A stretch of 60,327 nt of DNA from Gemmatimonadota bacterium (lineage in GTDB: Bacteria; Gemmatimonadota; Gemmatimonadetes; Gemmatimonadales; GWC2-71-9). Positions 20,117 through 30,161 of this stretch are shown here, one piece after another. The stretch is taken from NCBI GenBank assembly GCA_025350665.1, contig JANXXJ010000044.1, positions 1 to 60,327 of the forward strand, in the 5' to 3' direction. The notes under the pieces are model-generated. The model was not told where the DNA came from and searched no databases. It saw only the letters and a program-made list of their open reading frames with translations. Position 1 is the first letter of the stretch, and every line of letters begins with the position of its first letter. The position numbers and the translations under genes were made by a program.

Positions 20117-21348
20117 TATTTCACCGGCTCCAGTTTCCAGAAGGCGATCCCGCTGGCCTGTTGGCCCACGTCCACGGACCCGACCCGCGCGAGGGCCCTC
20201 AAGTCGTAGACATCGACCTTGCCGGGCTGAGCTCCCACGCCCTCGCTGCTCACGAACGCATAGCGGGAATCGGCGCTGACCGCCACGCCGTGGCTCACGG
20301 TGGTGGAACTCTTGAACTGGGCCGCGCTGGTGCCCGCGGCGATGTCGAAGATCTGCACGCCGCCGCCCTGCTTGAGCGTCGCGATCAGGTACTTGCCGTC
20401 GGGTGTCACGCCGAGGTTGTAGACGCCCCGCCCGGTCGGGAACCGGCGCGAGATCGCCCAGGCGGTTCGGTCGATCTCCACGATCTCGTCCGCCTTGTTG
20501 CAGGCGACGAACACCTTCCTCCCGTCGACCGAAGGCTGGGCCCAGGTCGGCGAGCAGCTGTTCGGCGTCATGGCATGGTGCATCCCGCCGCCGTAGCCCA
20601 CGTCCGCCGGATCGACTTCCGGCTTGGCCCGGCTGCCCGTGGCAGCCGCGGGCAGGTGATCGGCCATCTCGCCACGGTTGTCAGCGGCCAGCGGGCCTTC
20701 CTTGCCCTTGGCGAGCGAGAACCGCCGCGAAACCTTGAAGGTCCGGGTATCGATCTCCACCAGCTGGTCGTCCATCATGCAACCGGAGTAGTGAAACCGG
20801 CCGCTCGGATCGATCCGGCTCCCGTGCGGCATGGTGCAGGTGATCACCCGGGCCACCTCGGTGTGGGTCGGGGTATAGATCACCGACTGGGAGGAAGGCA
20901 CCATGTCGCCATGGAGATTGAAGTTGGCGGCGATGGCGTAGATCCCGTCGGGGGAGATGTCGATCGACGCCGGGAAATTGCCGAGCAGGACGCCGGGGCC
21001 GACCAGGGTGTCCGGACCCAGGGCGTAGCGCCAGTACTTCCCGTCGGGGAACCCGTGGCCCGTCGTCATGTGGAGGTATTTTCCGTCCCGCGAGATCGCC
21101 AGCCCATGGGGGCCTTCCATCTCGGCCGCAAATTCACCGACCGGGATCGATTTTTCGACGACGAAGCCGTCCGGGCCGAATTTGAGCCGGTAGATCATGT
21201 CGGCCGATTCGGCCCCGACATAGGCCCAGTAGTTGGCCGTGGGCGGGAGGGGTGCCGGGGCGACCGCCTGGGCCAGGAGGGCGGCCGGGACCGTGGCGAC
21301 CAGGCCCAGCAGGACGATCGCCTTGCGCGTACGGGATTCAGCGAACAT
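20116..21348 (-). CDS. Secreted YncE/YVTN-like beta-propeller protein
   Basis: Signal peptide; repeated blades GPHGLAISRDGKY, ISPDGIY, VTPDGKY, VSADSRY. Confidence 0.85.
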   Translation of the reverse strand: MFAESRTRKAIVLLGLVATVPAALLAQAVAPAPLPPTANYWAYVGAESADMIYRLKFGPDGFVVEKSIPVGEFAAEMEGPHGLAISRDGKYLHMTTGHGFPDGKYWRYALGPDTLVGPGVLLGNFPASIDISPDGIYAIAANFNLHGDMVPSSQSVIYTPTHTEVARVITCTMPHGSRIDPSGRFHYSGCMMDDQLVEIDTRTFKVSRRFSLAKGKEGPLAADNRGEMADHLPAAATGSRAKPEVDPADVGYGGGMHHAMTPNSCSPTWAQPSVDGRKVFVACNKADEIVEIDRTAWAISRRFPTGRGVYNLGVTPDGKYLIATLKQGGGVQIFDIAAGTSAAQFKSSTTVSHGVAVSADSRYAFVSSEGVGAQPGKVDVYDLRALARVGSVDVGQQASGIAFWKLEPVK

Positions 21349-21423
21349 CGTTAGTCTTCTCACGCATTGCAGATGGAAGTCGTTCGACTCGAAGGTCGTC
21401 GCTCACCCGATGGGAGTTCTGTC

Positions 21424-23457
21424 ATGAAGCTAACCGTTTCGCGGGGTCGCGCCATGCTGGGCGCGGTGGTTTTCGCACTCACGCTGGGCACCGCCGTGCC
21501 GCTCGCTGCGCAGGATTCGGTGGTGGTCAAACTGGTCGCCGAACCGGCCTCCGCCAAACTCCGGGCCGGTGATTCCACGGCGGTGACCGTCAAGGCCTAC
21601 AACGCCAAGGGCCAGGAAATCCCCAACGCCGAGATCCGGGTGTTCGCCGCCCGACGCGGCGTGGCCTTCAGCGACGGCAAGATCCGCGCGTTCCAGGCCG
21701 GCTCCTACACCGTGAACGCCATGGCCGCCGGGGCCGCCGGCAACCCGGTGATGCTGGAGATCCCGGTCACGATCACCTGGCCCTCGATCGCCAAGCTCGA
21801 GGTGGTGGCTGACGCCGACCGGCTCTACACCGGCACCACGTCGGCTCACCGGGTCAAGGCATCCCACCCCGACGGCAGCGAACGTCCGAGCCCGACGCCG
21901 GCCTGGCGCAGCTCGAATCCGGCGGTGGCCTCGGTCGACCGGTTCGGCAACGTCCGGGCCCACAAGGCCGGCAGCGTCGTCATCTCGGCGGAACTCGAAG
22001 GCGTCTCGGCCAAGGCAACCCGAACCGTCGTGGCCAATCCGACCACGTCGATCGCGCTGAGTGTCCGGGACACCACGCTGAAAACCGGCGACGTGCTCAA
22101 ACTCACGGCCGTGGCGCACCGGGCCGACGGTGCCGCCGTCGCCGATGCTCCGATCGTCTGGAGCTACAGCTATGTCCCAACCGACTCGATGGCCCCGTCC
22201 GGCATCCCCGGGGGTGCCGGCATCGTCCAGTTCGGCGAATTCGCCGCGAACTACCCCGGCCGCTACACTCTGATGGCCCGGTCCGGCTCGGCGTTCACCG
22301 AGACCACTATCGAGGTCAAGCCGCGCGACGCCCGGCGACGGATCACGGTCACCGGCCGCGGCTCGATCACCAACACCCACACCTCGGACCTCTGGCCGTG
22401 GACCGGCAAGGATGGCCGGGACTACGCCTTGGTGGGCACCTGGGGCGGCGACGGCTACGGCTTCGTCTACGATATCACCGACCTCAACAATCTGATCAAG
22501 ACCGACTCGATCAAGATCGACGCCCGGACCATCAACGACGTCACCGTCTCTCCGGACGGCCGCTACGGCGTGCTGGCCCGCGAGGGCGCGTCGAACCGGG
22601 TGAACGGTGTCGTGATCCTCGACCTCGCCGAGCCGGCGCACCCGAAAATCGCTGCCTCATTCAGCCAGGAGCTGACCGGCGGCGTCCACAACATGTTCGC
22701 CACCAACGACTACCTGTTCGCAATCTCCGGCGGCGCCAAATACGTCATCATCGACGTCAAGGACATCTACAAGCCCAAGTATGTGAGCGAATACCGGCAC
22801 CCGAACGCCCGGATCCACGATCTCTGGGTGCATGACGGGATCGCCTACTCCGCCCAGGGTGGCGCGGGAACTGTGGTGGTGGACGTCGGGAACGGGAAGT
22901 ACGGCGGCAGCATCGAGCACCCGAAGCTCATCACCGTGTACTCAGTGAACAGCGGCCACGAGATCTACCCATACTTCCAGCAGTCGACCGGCAAGGTCTA
23001 TCTGTTCATCGGCGACGAGGAGATGAACCGGTCGGGGCGGGTCTGGGAGGGCACCAACTACTTCGGCCAGATGACCACCCCGGGTGGCGTTCCGCAGACC
23101 TCGGGCGGCTTCACCCACATCGTGGATTTCACCGACCCGATGCATCCGAAGCCGGTGGGCCAGTATCACGTCGAGGATTTCGGGTCCCACGACATCATCG
23201 TCCAGGACGACATCCTCTATCAGGCCTACTATGACGGCGGCGTCCGGCTCGTGGACGTATCGGGTGAACTCCTCGGCAACCTGGCCGACCAGGGTCGTGA
23301 GATCGCCGTATTCAAGCCCTACGATCCGAAAGGCTACACCCCGAACGCGGCGTTCGTCATGAACGCGATGCCGTGGAAGGGGCACGTGCTCTTCACCGAC
23401 TTCAACACCGGACTCTGGGCGGCCAAGTTGCAGCCGAAGCAGGCGCTGACGCCCTGA
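21424..23457 (+). CDS. Secreted protein with Ig-like (Big_2) domains and C-terminal LVIVD-repeat propeller
   Basis: Signal peptide; WRSSNPAVASVD..G.V.A..AG Big_2 motif; GVVILDLAEP, GVRLVDVS, YQAYYDGG LVIVD-type repeats. Confidence 0.8.
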   Translation: MKLTVSRGRAMLGAVVFALTLGTAVPLAAQDSVVVKLVAEPASAKLRAGDSTAVTVKAYNAKGQEIPNAEIRVFAARRGVAFSDGKIRAFQAGSYTVNAMAAGAAGNPVMLEIPVTITWPSIAKLEVVADADRLYTGTTSAHRVKASHPDGSERPSPTPAWRSSNPAVASVDRFGNVRAHKAGSVVISAELEGVSAKATRTVVANPTTSIALSVRDTTLKTGDVLKLTAVAHRADGAAVADAPIVWSYSYVPTDSMAPSGIPGGAGIVQFGEFAANYPGRYTLMARSGSAFTETTIEVKPRDARRRITVTGRGSITNTHTSDLWPWTGKDGRDYALVGTWGGDGYGFVYDITDLNNLIKTDSIKIDARTINDVTVSPDGRYGVLAREGASNRVNGVVILDLAEPAHPKIAASFSQELTGGVHNMFATNDYLFAISGGAKYVIIDVKDIYKPKYVSEYRHPNARIHDLWVHDGIAYSAQGGAGTVVVDVGNGKYGGSIEHPKLITVYSVNSGHEIYPYFQQSTGKVYLFIGDEEMNRSGRVWEGTNYFGQMTTPGGVPQTSGGFTHIVDFTDPMHPKPVGQYHVEDFGSHDIIVQDDILYQAYYDGGVRLVDVSGELLGNLADQGREIAVFKPYDPKGYTPNAAFVMNAMPWKGHVLFTDFNTGLWAAKLQPKQALTP

Positions 23458-23558
23458 GCGCGGGCGAACACCCCTTCAACGGCGGCCTGTTCAACTCGAG
23501 CGGGCCGCCGTTGATTCTTCAAAGCTGTGTCCGACTGACGCTGATGGGACGGGGCCGA

Positions 23559-24004
23559 ATGTCGAACCGTCAGGTAGCCGAAAGCGGCCGGACCACGTTG
23601 CGTCGCACCGCCATCCTCGTCGCCATCACCGCCCTGGCCTGATGCAGCACCGACCCGGCCGCCGCGGACCTCGCACACGCCAAGGCCACCTGGCTCGGCC
23701 AGAACGTCCAGAACTAGGAGATGACGGTCCGGCGCCTCTGCTTCTGCGCCAGTGTGGAACCGGTCCGCGTCCGGGTGGAAGCCGGCGTGGCGGTTTGCCG
23801 AACGGTGATCGCGACCGGGCTTCCGCTCAACTCGGCCCTGGCAACGGGACATCCCGGGGTGCCGGGGCTGTTCAGCCTGGTCGAAGACGCCTACCGGCGG
23901 GCCTACAAGGTCAGCGCCACGTTCAACCGAGAATTCGGGTTCCTGGAATCCACCGTCATCGACGATGTCGGAAACGCCATGAGTTCCAGAGCGCCAGTAC
24001 CTGA
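23559..24004 (+). pseudogene. Degraded lipoprotein gene (DUF6174-like by recall)
   Basis: Reading through two in-frame stops (TGA 23640, TAG 23715) gives ...AILVAITALA*CSTDPAAADLAHAKATWLGQNVQN*EMTVRRLCFCASVEPVRVRVE...GLFSLVEDAY..., with a probable further frameshift near 23978. Confidence 0.65.
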
Positions 24005-24065
24005 TCTTGCCTACGGCTTGTCGACCGGCAGGTCGACGGCCGACCACTTCGTACGTCTCAACAGG

Positions 24066-24518
24066 TCACCGAGGCCGCACGACCAGGCCCTTGAACATGC
24101 CGAGCTTGACATGCGGGGTCTGTTTGGGCCCATCCTCGAGCGTGCAGATCAGGACGTAACTCCGCCCCGGCTGCAAATCGACCGTCAGCCCCATGTCGAC
24201 CTCCGTCCCGAACGGTGTGTACAGCAGGCCGTCAGCCTCGTAAATCGAGTCCACCGAAGCGCCGTCCCGCTCGGCCGCGAAGGCCTGGGCCGCTGTCACC
24301 CCGGGCCGCAACAGGGCCAGGCCGAGTTCGTGGTCGAGCGTCCCGGCGTTCTTGAATCGGAACACGGTCGGCCCGGGCGGCAGCGTATCCGGCCCTCGAA
24401 AGGCGAAGTCACGGCCCACGTACGACGCCTCCCTGGGCCCGGCCGAGACGCGGCACCCGATCACGCCAACCAGCAGCAGGGCGCCCCAGGACCGGAGACC
24501 GCATGGGCCGGCTCTCAT
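24066..24518 (-). CDS. Cupredoxin-like lipoprotein
   Basis: Lipobox VIGC; DFAFRGPDTLPPG, NAGTLDHE, YVLIC...PHVKLGM (His and Cys-His-Met type 1 copper ligand pattern). Confidence 0.7.
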   Translation of the reverse strand: MRAGPCGLRSWGALLLVGVIGCRVSAGPREASYVGRDFAFRGPDTLPPGPTVFRFKNAGTLDHELGLALLRPGVTAAQAFAAERDGASVDSIYEADGLLYTPFGTEVDMGLTVDLQPGRSYVLICTLEDGPKQTPHVKLGMFKGLVVRPR

Positions 24519-24949
24519 CGAACATCGAGCATCTTGAACATGCCCATCGTCATGTGACGGGCCTTGTCGGGCCCGTCCGTGAACTGACACCAGAGCGCAT
24601 AGTGCCGGCTCCGGACCAGGGTCACCCCGATGCTCACCGGAAAACTGGACTGGCCGGGCGCGCCAAACAGCACCGCGGTTCCTCCGTCCAGCAATGCCCT
24701 GACCTTCCGTCCATGCGCCAGCGAATCGGCGAACTCCGCCGGCCGAACCCCCTCGCGCAGCCGTCCGAGAATCATCTCATGCAGCACCGCACCGGCGTGC
24801 CGGTAGTGAATCCGCGCCGGGCCCGCCGGCAAGGTATCCGCAACGGCAAAGGCATAGTCAGAGGCGACGACCTCGACGTCGTTCGGAACGGCCGCGCGGT
24901 CGCAGCCGAAGACGGCGAAGGCGAGGACGGGCCAGAATCGGGCCTTCAC
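24515..24949 (-). CDS. Cupredoxin-like lipoprotein (paralog of the neighbour)
   Basis: GTG start overlapping upstream TGA; lipobox VFGC; DYAFAVADTLPAG, LHE, YALWC...RHMTMGM. Confidence 0.7.
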   Translation of the reverse strand: MKARFWPVLAFAVFGCDRAAVPNDVEVVASDYAFAVADTLPAGPARIHYRHAGAVLHEMILGRLREGVRPAEFADSLAHGRKVRALLDGGTAVLFGAPGQSSFPVSIGVTLVRSRHYALWCQFTDGPDKARHMTMGMFKMLDVR

Positions 24950-26070
24950 CGGCCGGTCTTGTGCCATTCGGCCAGGAGTTCGGCTTCCCGGGCCGCCGTC
25001 AGCCCAGGCCGGCGGGCGGTCGTGGATTCCCACGCTTCGCCTGTGGACTTGAACCACTGGAGCGTGTCTCGGGCGGTATCGGCGAGTGGGCGATAGGTCA
25101 GGCCCGCGGCGATCGCCCGCTTCGGGCTGATCAACCCGTTCCCCTTGTGATCGCCGATCGGCGGGTACCAGATCGGCATATCCGACCACGGGCGAATCTT
25201 CCGCTCAAGCAGAAACGGCGTCGGCACCCAGCTGAACCGCACGTCGGACGTCGTGATGCCGCGGATCCCGTAGAGAAACTCGGCCATCGAGAGCCTCGAA
25301 CCCGGCCCGGTGGCGTTGAAGGCCCCGGTGGTCCGGTTCTCGAGCATGCGAACGATCCACTCCGCCATGTCTCGCGCGTCGATGACCTGCACGGGGTCAG
25401 TCGGATCCCCGGGTGCGATGACTTCCCCGCCGCGGTCGATCCGGACCAGCCAGTAGGTGAACAGATGCGCGTTGTCACCCGGCCCGACGATCCAGCCCGG
25501 CCGGATGATGGTGTGGGACTCGGGAAACGCGTTCCGGACTTCCTGCTCGCACACCACCTTGAGCGGCCCGTAGTATTTCCGGGTGTCCTCGGAGGTGGGC
25601 TCCGGCAGCACGGCCTTGTCGTAGTCCTCGTCGAGGTTCTCGACGGCCAGATCCTTGTAGACGTCGCCGGTCGAGATGAACAGGTAGTGCTTGGCCTGCG
25701 CCTTGAGCATCTGAGCGGAGGCCCGGACCACGCGCGGCACGTATCCGGAGGTATCGACAACGCAGTCCCAGGTCCGGCCCTTCAGCACGTCGAGCCCGCC
25801 GTCCCGGTCGCCGAGGAGCCGCTCGACTTCGGGAAAGAGACCGGGATGGGTCTTGCCGCGGTTGAAGATCGTCGGGATGTGGCCCCGGGCCTGAGCCGCC
25901 CGCACCATGTGGGGGCCGATGAAGCCGGTCCCGCCGATGAAGAGGATCCGGAGCGGCGCCTTCCGGGCCGGCACGCCCCAGCCAAGCGGAGCGGACACCT
26001 TGCCGGCCGGGAGGGAGAACGACGCCGTCCCCGCTGCCGTCACCTTGAGAAAATCCCGTCGAGTCGCCAT
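24946..26070 (-). CDS. Tat-exported NAD-dependent epimerase/dehydratase-family (atypical SDR) protein
   Basis: TRRDFLK twin-arginine signal; IGGTGFIG; YGPLK; IRPGWIVGPGD. Confidence 0.88.
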   Translation of the reverse strand: MATRRDFLKVTAAGTASFSLPAGKVSAPLGWGVPARKAPLRILFIGGTGFIGPHMVRAAQARGHIPTIFNRGKTHPGLFPEVERLLGDRDGGLDVLKGRTWDCVVDTSGYVPRVVRASAQMLKAQAKHYLFISTGDVYKDLAVENLDEDYDKAVLPEPTSEDTRKYYGPLKVVCEQEVRNAFPESHTIIRPGWIVGPGDNAHLFTYWLVRIDRGGEVIAPGDPTDPVQVIDARDMAEWIVRMLENRTTGAFNATGPGSRLSMAEFLYGIRGITTSDVRFSWVPTPFLLERKIRPWSDMPIWYPPIGDHKGNGLISPKRAIAAGLTYRPLADTARDTLQWFKSTGEAWESTTARRPGLTAAREAELLAEWHKTGR

Positions 26071-26093
26071 GACCTGTCCCGTTGAGTGTGAGC

Positions 26094-27521
26094 CTAGAGC
26101 AGAATGCCGGCGATGGCCGCCGACATGAAATTGGCCAGCGTCCCGGCCAGCATCGCCCGGAAGCCAAGCCGGGCGAGATCGCCCTTGCGAGTCGGCGCGA
26201 GCGCTCCGATCCCGCCGATCTGGATCCCGACCGAGCTGATGTTGGCGAACCCGGCCAGCGCAAACGACGCAATGATGAAGGACCGGGGATCCAGCGTCGC
26301 CTTCAACGGCCCCAGCTGGGAAAACGCGATGAACTCGTTCAGCACTGCCCGGGTGCCTAACAGGCTACCCACCGTCCCGGCGTCCTGCCACGGCACCCCG
26401 AGGGCCCAGGCCACCGGCCGGCCGACCCAGGCGAGGATGGTCTGGATGTTTTCAGGAAACCAGCCGACCCAGCCATGGATGCCGGCCATGGCACCGTTCA
26501 CCAGCGCCACCAGCGCGATAAACGAGATCAGCATGGCGATCACGTTCAGCATCAGGTGAAGACCCTCACCGGTCCCACGGGCGGCGGCATCCACCACGTT
26601 CACGTCGGTCTTCGGGACATCGAGTTTGACATTGCCGTAGGTCTCGGGCGTCCCGGTCTCGGGCTCGAGCAGCTTGGCCATCATGATGGTGCCCGGCGCC
26701 GTCATGATCACGGCGGTGAGCAGGTGCCGGGCTTCGACCCCGAAGGCGATATACGCCGCCATGATGGAGCCCGAGATGTGGGCCATCCCCGCGGTCATCA
26801 CGGTCATCAGTTCGGACCGGGTCATTCTGGCCAGGAACGGACGGATGGTGAGCGGCGCCTCGGTCTGCCCCATGAAGATCGACGCCGCCACGTTCAGACT
26901 TTCGGCGCCGCTCGCACCCATGGTCCGGCTCATCACCACGGCCAGGGCGCGGACGATGAGCTGCATCACGCCCAAGTAATACATGACCGCGAACAGCGCC
27001 GAGACGAAAATGATGGTGGGAAGAATCTGGAAGGCGAAGATCACGCCGAGGCTCGAACCCGACTTGCCCAGCTCACCGAACACGAACTCGGAGCCGACGT
27101 ACGAGAAATGGAGCACCGATGTCACGAAATTGCCGAGGCGCCGGAACAGTTCCTGGCCGAAGGGGACCCGGAGCACGAAGATCGCGAAGGTCAGCTGGAG
27201 CCCGACGCCCCACCCGACAACCTTCCATTTGATCGCCCCGCGATTGCTCGAAAGGGCATACCCGACCAGAATGATCAGCACCATGCCGATTACGCCGGTG
27301 AGTCGGGTCGTGAGCGGAATCACCGGCTGGGGCGCGGCCGGCGGGACGACCGGCGCCGCCGACACGGCGGGAGGGGTCCGGCCGGAGGCCTGGGCCACCA
27401 ACGCCCCCACCTGGCGGCCGGTGGCCCCCGGCAGCGCCCAGGACGCGACCACTCCCACGATCACCAGCACCGCGGCGAGCAGCCAACCGCGGGCCCAACG
27501 CGCCTTGTCAGAGGATGCCAT
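26094..27521 (-). CDS. nupC: Concentrative nucleoside transporter (CNT/NupC family)
   Basis: FAFQILPTIIF, IFMGQTEAPL, NEFIAF, GFANISSVGIQIGG; GGAG RBS before ATG 27521. Confidence 0.93.
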   Translation of the reverse strand: MASSDKARWARGWLLAAVLVIVGVVASWALPGATGRQVGALVAQASGRTPPAVSAAPVVPPAAPQPVIPLTTRLTGVIGMVLIILVGYALSSNRGAIKWKVVGWGVGLQLTFAIFVLRVPFGQELFRRLGNFVTSVLHFSYVGSEFVFGELGKSGSSLGVIFAFQILPTIIFVSALFAVMYYLGVMQLIVRALAVVMSRTMGASGAESLNVAASIFMGQTEAPLTIRPFLARMTRSELMTVMTAGMAHISGSIMAAYIAFGVEARHLLTAVIMTAPGTIMMAKLLEPETGTPETYGNVKLDVPKTDVNVVDAAARGTGEGLHLMLNVIAMLISFIALVALVNGAMAGIHGWVGWFPENIQTILAWVGRPVAWALGVPWQDAGTVGSLLGTRAVLNEFIAFSQLGPLKATLDPRSFIIASFALAGFANISSVGIQIGGIGALAPTRKGDLARLGFRAMLAGTLANFMSAAIAGILL

Positions 27522-27666
27522 CCCCGCTCCGGTCATATATATGGGTGAAGTGAGCCGGTAAGTTGCCCCAATTCCGGCCGGGCGCAACACCCCTCGGCGG
27601 TCGCCGGGTGGGGCCCCTTGAGTTAGGATTCGTCCCATCTCGAAACGCCAATTGAACGGAGTACCG

Positions 27667-28923
27667 ATGCGCCTGATCACCCTGCTCGCCAATCTGATCC
27701 TCGTCCCGGCCTGGGCCGGGGCCCAGTCGCCGGCGCCGGTCACCGTCGTCAAAGCGGCCCGGATGCTGGACGTCGTCACCGGTCAGATGGTCGCGAACGC
27801 CGTGGTCGTGGTTCAGGGGGATCGGATCCTGTCGGTTGGCGGCCCCGCGCCGGCCGGCGCCACGGTGGTCGATCTCGGCGATGTGACCCTCCTCCCGGGG
27901 TTCATCGACCTCCACACTCACTTGAGCGGCGAGATCGGACCCGGCTCCTTCACGGCGGCCGTCACCGCCACCGAGGCCGACGCCGCCTTCGCCGCCGCCG
28001 CCAACGCCCGGAAGACCGCGGCCGCCGGCTTCACCACGGTCCGCGATTTCGGCGGCGACGTGACCGTCGCCCTGGGCAAAGCCGTCGAGCGGGGCATCGC
28101 GATCGGCCCGCACGTCATCCCGTCGCGAGACCCGATCAGCATCACCGGCGGCCATTGTGACGCCACCGGCTGGGCGCCCGGCATTCTGGAGAGGAACGAA
28201 AAAGACGGCGTGGCGGACGGCCCCTGGGCCGTGGTGCAGGCAGTCCGGTACCAGATCAAGCACGGGGCCCAGGTGATCAAGATCTGCGCGACCGCCGGCG
28301 TGCTGTCGATGGAAGGCCCGGTCGGCGCCCAGCAGATGTCGTTTGAAGAGATCAAGGCCGCGGTCGACGAAGCGAATCGCCACGGGCTCCGGGTCGCAGC
28401 CCACGCCCACGGCACCGAAGGCATCAAGGCCGCGATCAAGGCGGGCGTGACGTCGATCGAGCATGGGTCGATGCTCGACGACGAAGCGATCGCCATGATG
28501 AAGGAAAGGGGCACCTATCTGGTCCCGACCACGTACCTGACCGAACGCATCAACATGGCGATGCTCCCGCCCCTGGTCCGGTCCAAGGCCGAAACCATCA
28601 TTCCCCTGGCCCGGGCCAGCCTCAAGAAGGCCATCGCCGCCGGGGTGAAGATCGGCTTCGGGACCGACGCCGCGGTCTATCCCCACGGCGAAAACGCCCA
28701 CGAGTTCGAGTCCTATACCAGGCTCGGCATGTCGACCATCGATGCCCTTCGCTCCGCCACCAGCGTGGCCGCCGACGTCCTCGGCAAAACCGACCGCGGC
28801 ACCATCGCGGCCGGCAAACTGGCCGACCTCATCGCCGTCCCCGGCGACCCTGTCCGCGACATCACCGCCACGCAGCACGTCAGCTGGGTGATGGTCGGGG
28901 GACGGATCGTCCGAGGCAACTGA
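27667..28923 (+). CDS. Secreted amidohydrolase (Xaa-Pro dipeptidase-like subgroup)
   Basis: PGFIDLHTH, GGHCD, IKICATAGV, AAHAHG, SIEHG, GTDA. Confidence 0.9.
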   Translation: MRLITLLANLILVPAWAGAQSPAPVTVVKAARMLDVVTGQMVANAVVVVQGDRILSVGGPAPAGATVVDLGDVTLLPGFIDLHTHLSGEIGPGSFTAAVTATEADAAFAAAANARKTAAAGFTTVRDFGGDVTVALGKAVERGIAIGPHVIPSRDPISITGGHCDATGWAPGILERNEKDGVADGPWAVVQAVRYQIKHGAQVIKICATAGVLSMEGPVGAQQMSFEEIKAAVDEANRHGLRVAAHAHGTEGIKAAIKAGVTSIEHGSMLDDEAIAMMKERGTYLVPTTYLTERINMAMLPPLVRSKAETIIPLARASLKKAIAAGVKIGFGTDAAVYPHGENAHEFESYTRLGMSTIDALRSATSVAADVLGKTDRGTIAAGKLADLIAVPGDPVRDITATQHVSWVMVGGRIVRGN

Positions 28924-28927
28924 CCTC

Positions 28928-29539
28928 TTGGCCATTCGCCCGGGAACGCTTCGCGAGCAGACCGACCAGGAGGTCGTCTCGCTCGCCAAGGAGGGCAGTG
29001 AGGAGGCGTACCGCGAGTTGATTCGCCGGTACGAACGCCCGGTGTTCTCCCTGGTCTTCCGGATGGTCCGCAACCGCGAGCAGGCCGAAGATTTGTCGCA
29101 GGAAACCTTCATCAAGGTCTTGAACGCCGTTCAGAGCTACCGCCCCGAATACAAGTTCTCGTCCTGGGTCTTCAAGATCGCCAACAATGCCGCGATCGAC
29201 TTTCTCCGGAAACGGGAACTCGACACGCTGTCGCTCGACGGATCGCCGCACGCCGATACGCCCGAGCTGATCGAAGCGACCGCGCTCCAGATCTCCGAAC
29301 GGGGCGAAACCCAGCTGGATGAAGTTGCCAATCGGGAGTTGGGTGCGACGATCGAAGTCGCCATCGCCCAGCTCCGGCCGGAATACCGGTCCTGCATTCT
29401 CCTCCGCCATGTCGACGGTCGGAGCTACGAAGAAATCGCCGAGATGCTGAACCTGCCCCTCGGCACTGTGAAGACTTACATCCACCGGGCCCGCAATGAA
29501 TTGAGGATCCTGCTCAAGGATGTGAGAGACGAGGCGTGA
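28928..29539 (+). CDS. ECF RNA polymerase sigma factor (SigW/RpoE-like)
   Basis: AEDLSQETFIK, FSSWVFKIANN, SYEEIAEMLNLPLGTVKTYIHRAR. Confidence 0.95.
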   Translation: MAIRPGTLREQTDQEVVSLAKEGSEEAYRELIRRYERPVFSLVFRMVRNREQAEDLSQETFIKVLNAVQSYRPEYKFSSWVFKIANNAAIDFLRKRELDTLSLDGSPHADTPELIEATALQISERGETQLDEVANRELGATIEVAIAQLRPEYRSCILLRHVDGRSYEEIAEMLNLPLGTVKTYIHRARNELRILLKDVRDEA

Positions 29540-29576
29540 AACCCATTCACCGTACGCGCCGTACGAGTCATCGCTT

Positions 29577-30161
29577 ATGACACCATGGCCGACGCATCAT
29601 TTCACCGCTGACGACCTCGACGCGTTTCACACTGAAGCGTTGAGCAACGAGATGCAGTTGCATCTCGAAACGTGCGAGGATTGCCGCCGATTGGTGGTCC
29701 TCGATCGTCAGGTCTTGGCAATGATGAATCGGTTGTCGAGCTTCGGACCGCGGGACGGGTTCGCGGATCGGGTAATGGCGCGCGTGACCGTTGGGTCGCC
29801 CGCACCGGTTCCGGTGCTCTCGTACCCCAGGTTCACTCGCCCGCGTATCGCGGCCCTCTCGGCCCTCGCGGCCGGGATGGTGACGAGCATCGCCTGGTCC
29901 ACCGTCAATCGCGCCGTACTCGAAGGCTGGCTCGATCGGACGTCCGCGACGCTCTGGAACCTGGGAGCGTCGCTCTGGCAGCAGGGGCTGTTGCTCCTCG
30001 CCGCCCAGCCGTGGTACGACAGCATTCGGAGCGTTTCCGGCGAACCGGTCCGGCTGGCGTTGATCGCCGCCGGCACGATCGGTCTCTACGCCACCGGACT
30101 CGTTGCCCTCCGCCGCCTCGTCACCCCGTCGGCCGGCTCGGTATCCAATGCGCGGGCGTGA
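29577..30161 (+). CDS. Zinc-binding membrane anti-sigma factor (zf-HC2/ZAS)
   Basis: HLETCEDC (Hx3Cx2C) followed by two hydrophobic segments; directly after the ECF sigma. Confidence 0.85.
   Translation: MTPWPTHHFTADDLDAFHTEALSNEMQLHLETCEDCRRLVVLDRQVLAMMNRLSSFGPRDGFADRVMARVTVGSPAPVPVLSYPRFTRPRIAALSALAAGMVTSIAWSTVNRAVLEGWLDRTSATLWNLGASLWQQGLLLLAAQPWYDSIRSVSGEPVRLALIAAGTIGLYATGLVALRRLVTPSAGSVSNARA

Noticed and set aside
23640..23642. Second selenocysteine UGA
   Set aside because: It lies in a signal peptide, no SECIS-like hairpin follows, and a TAG occurs 25 codons later.
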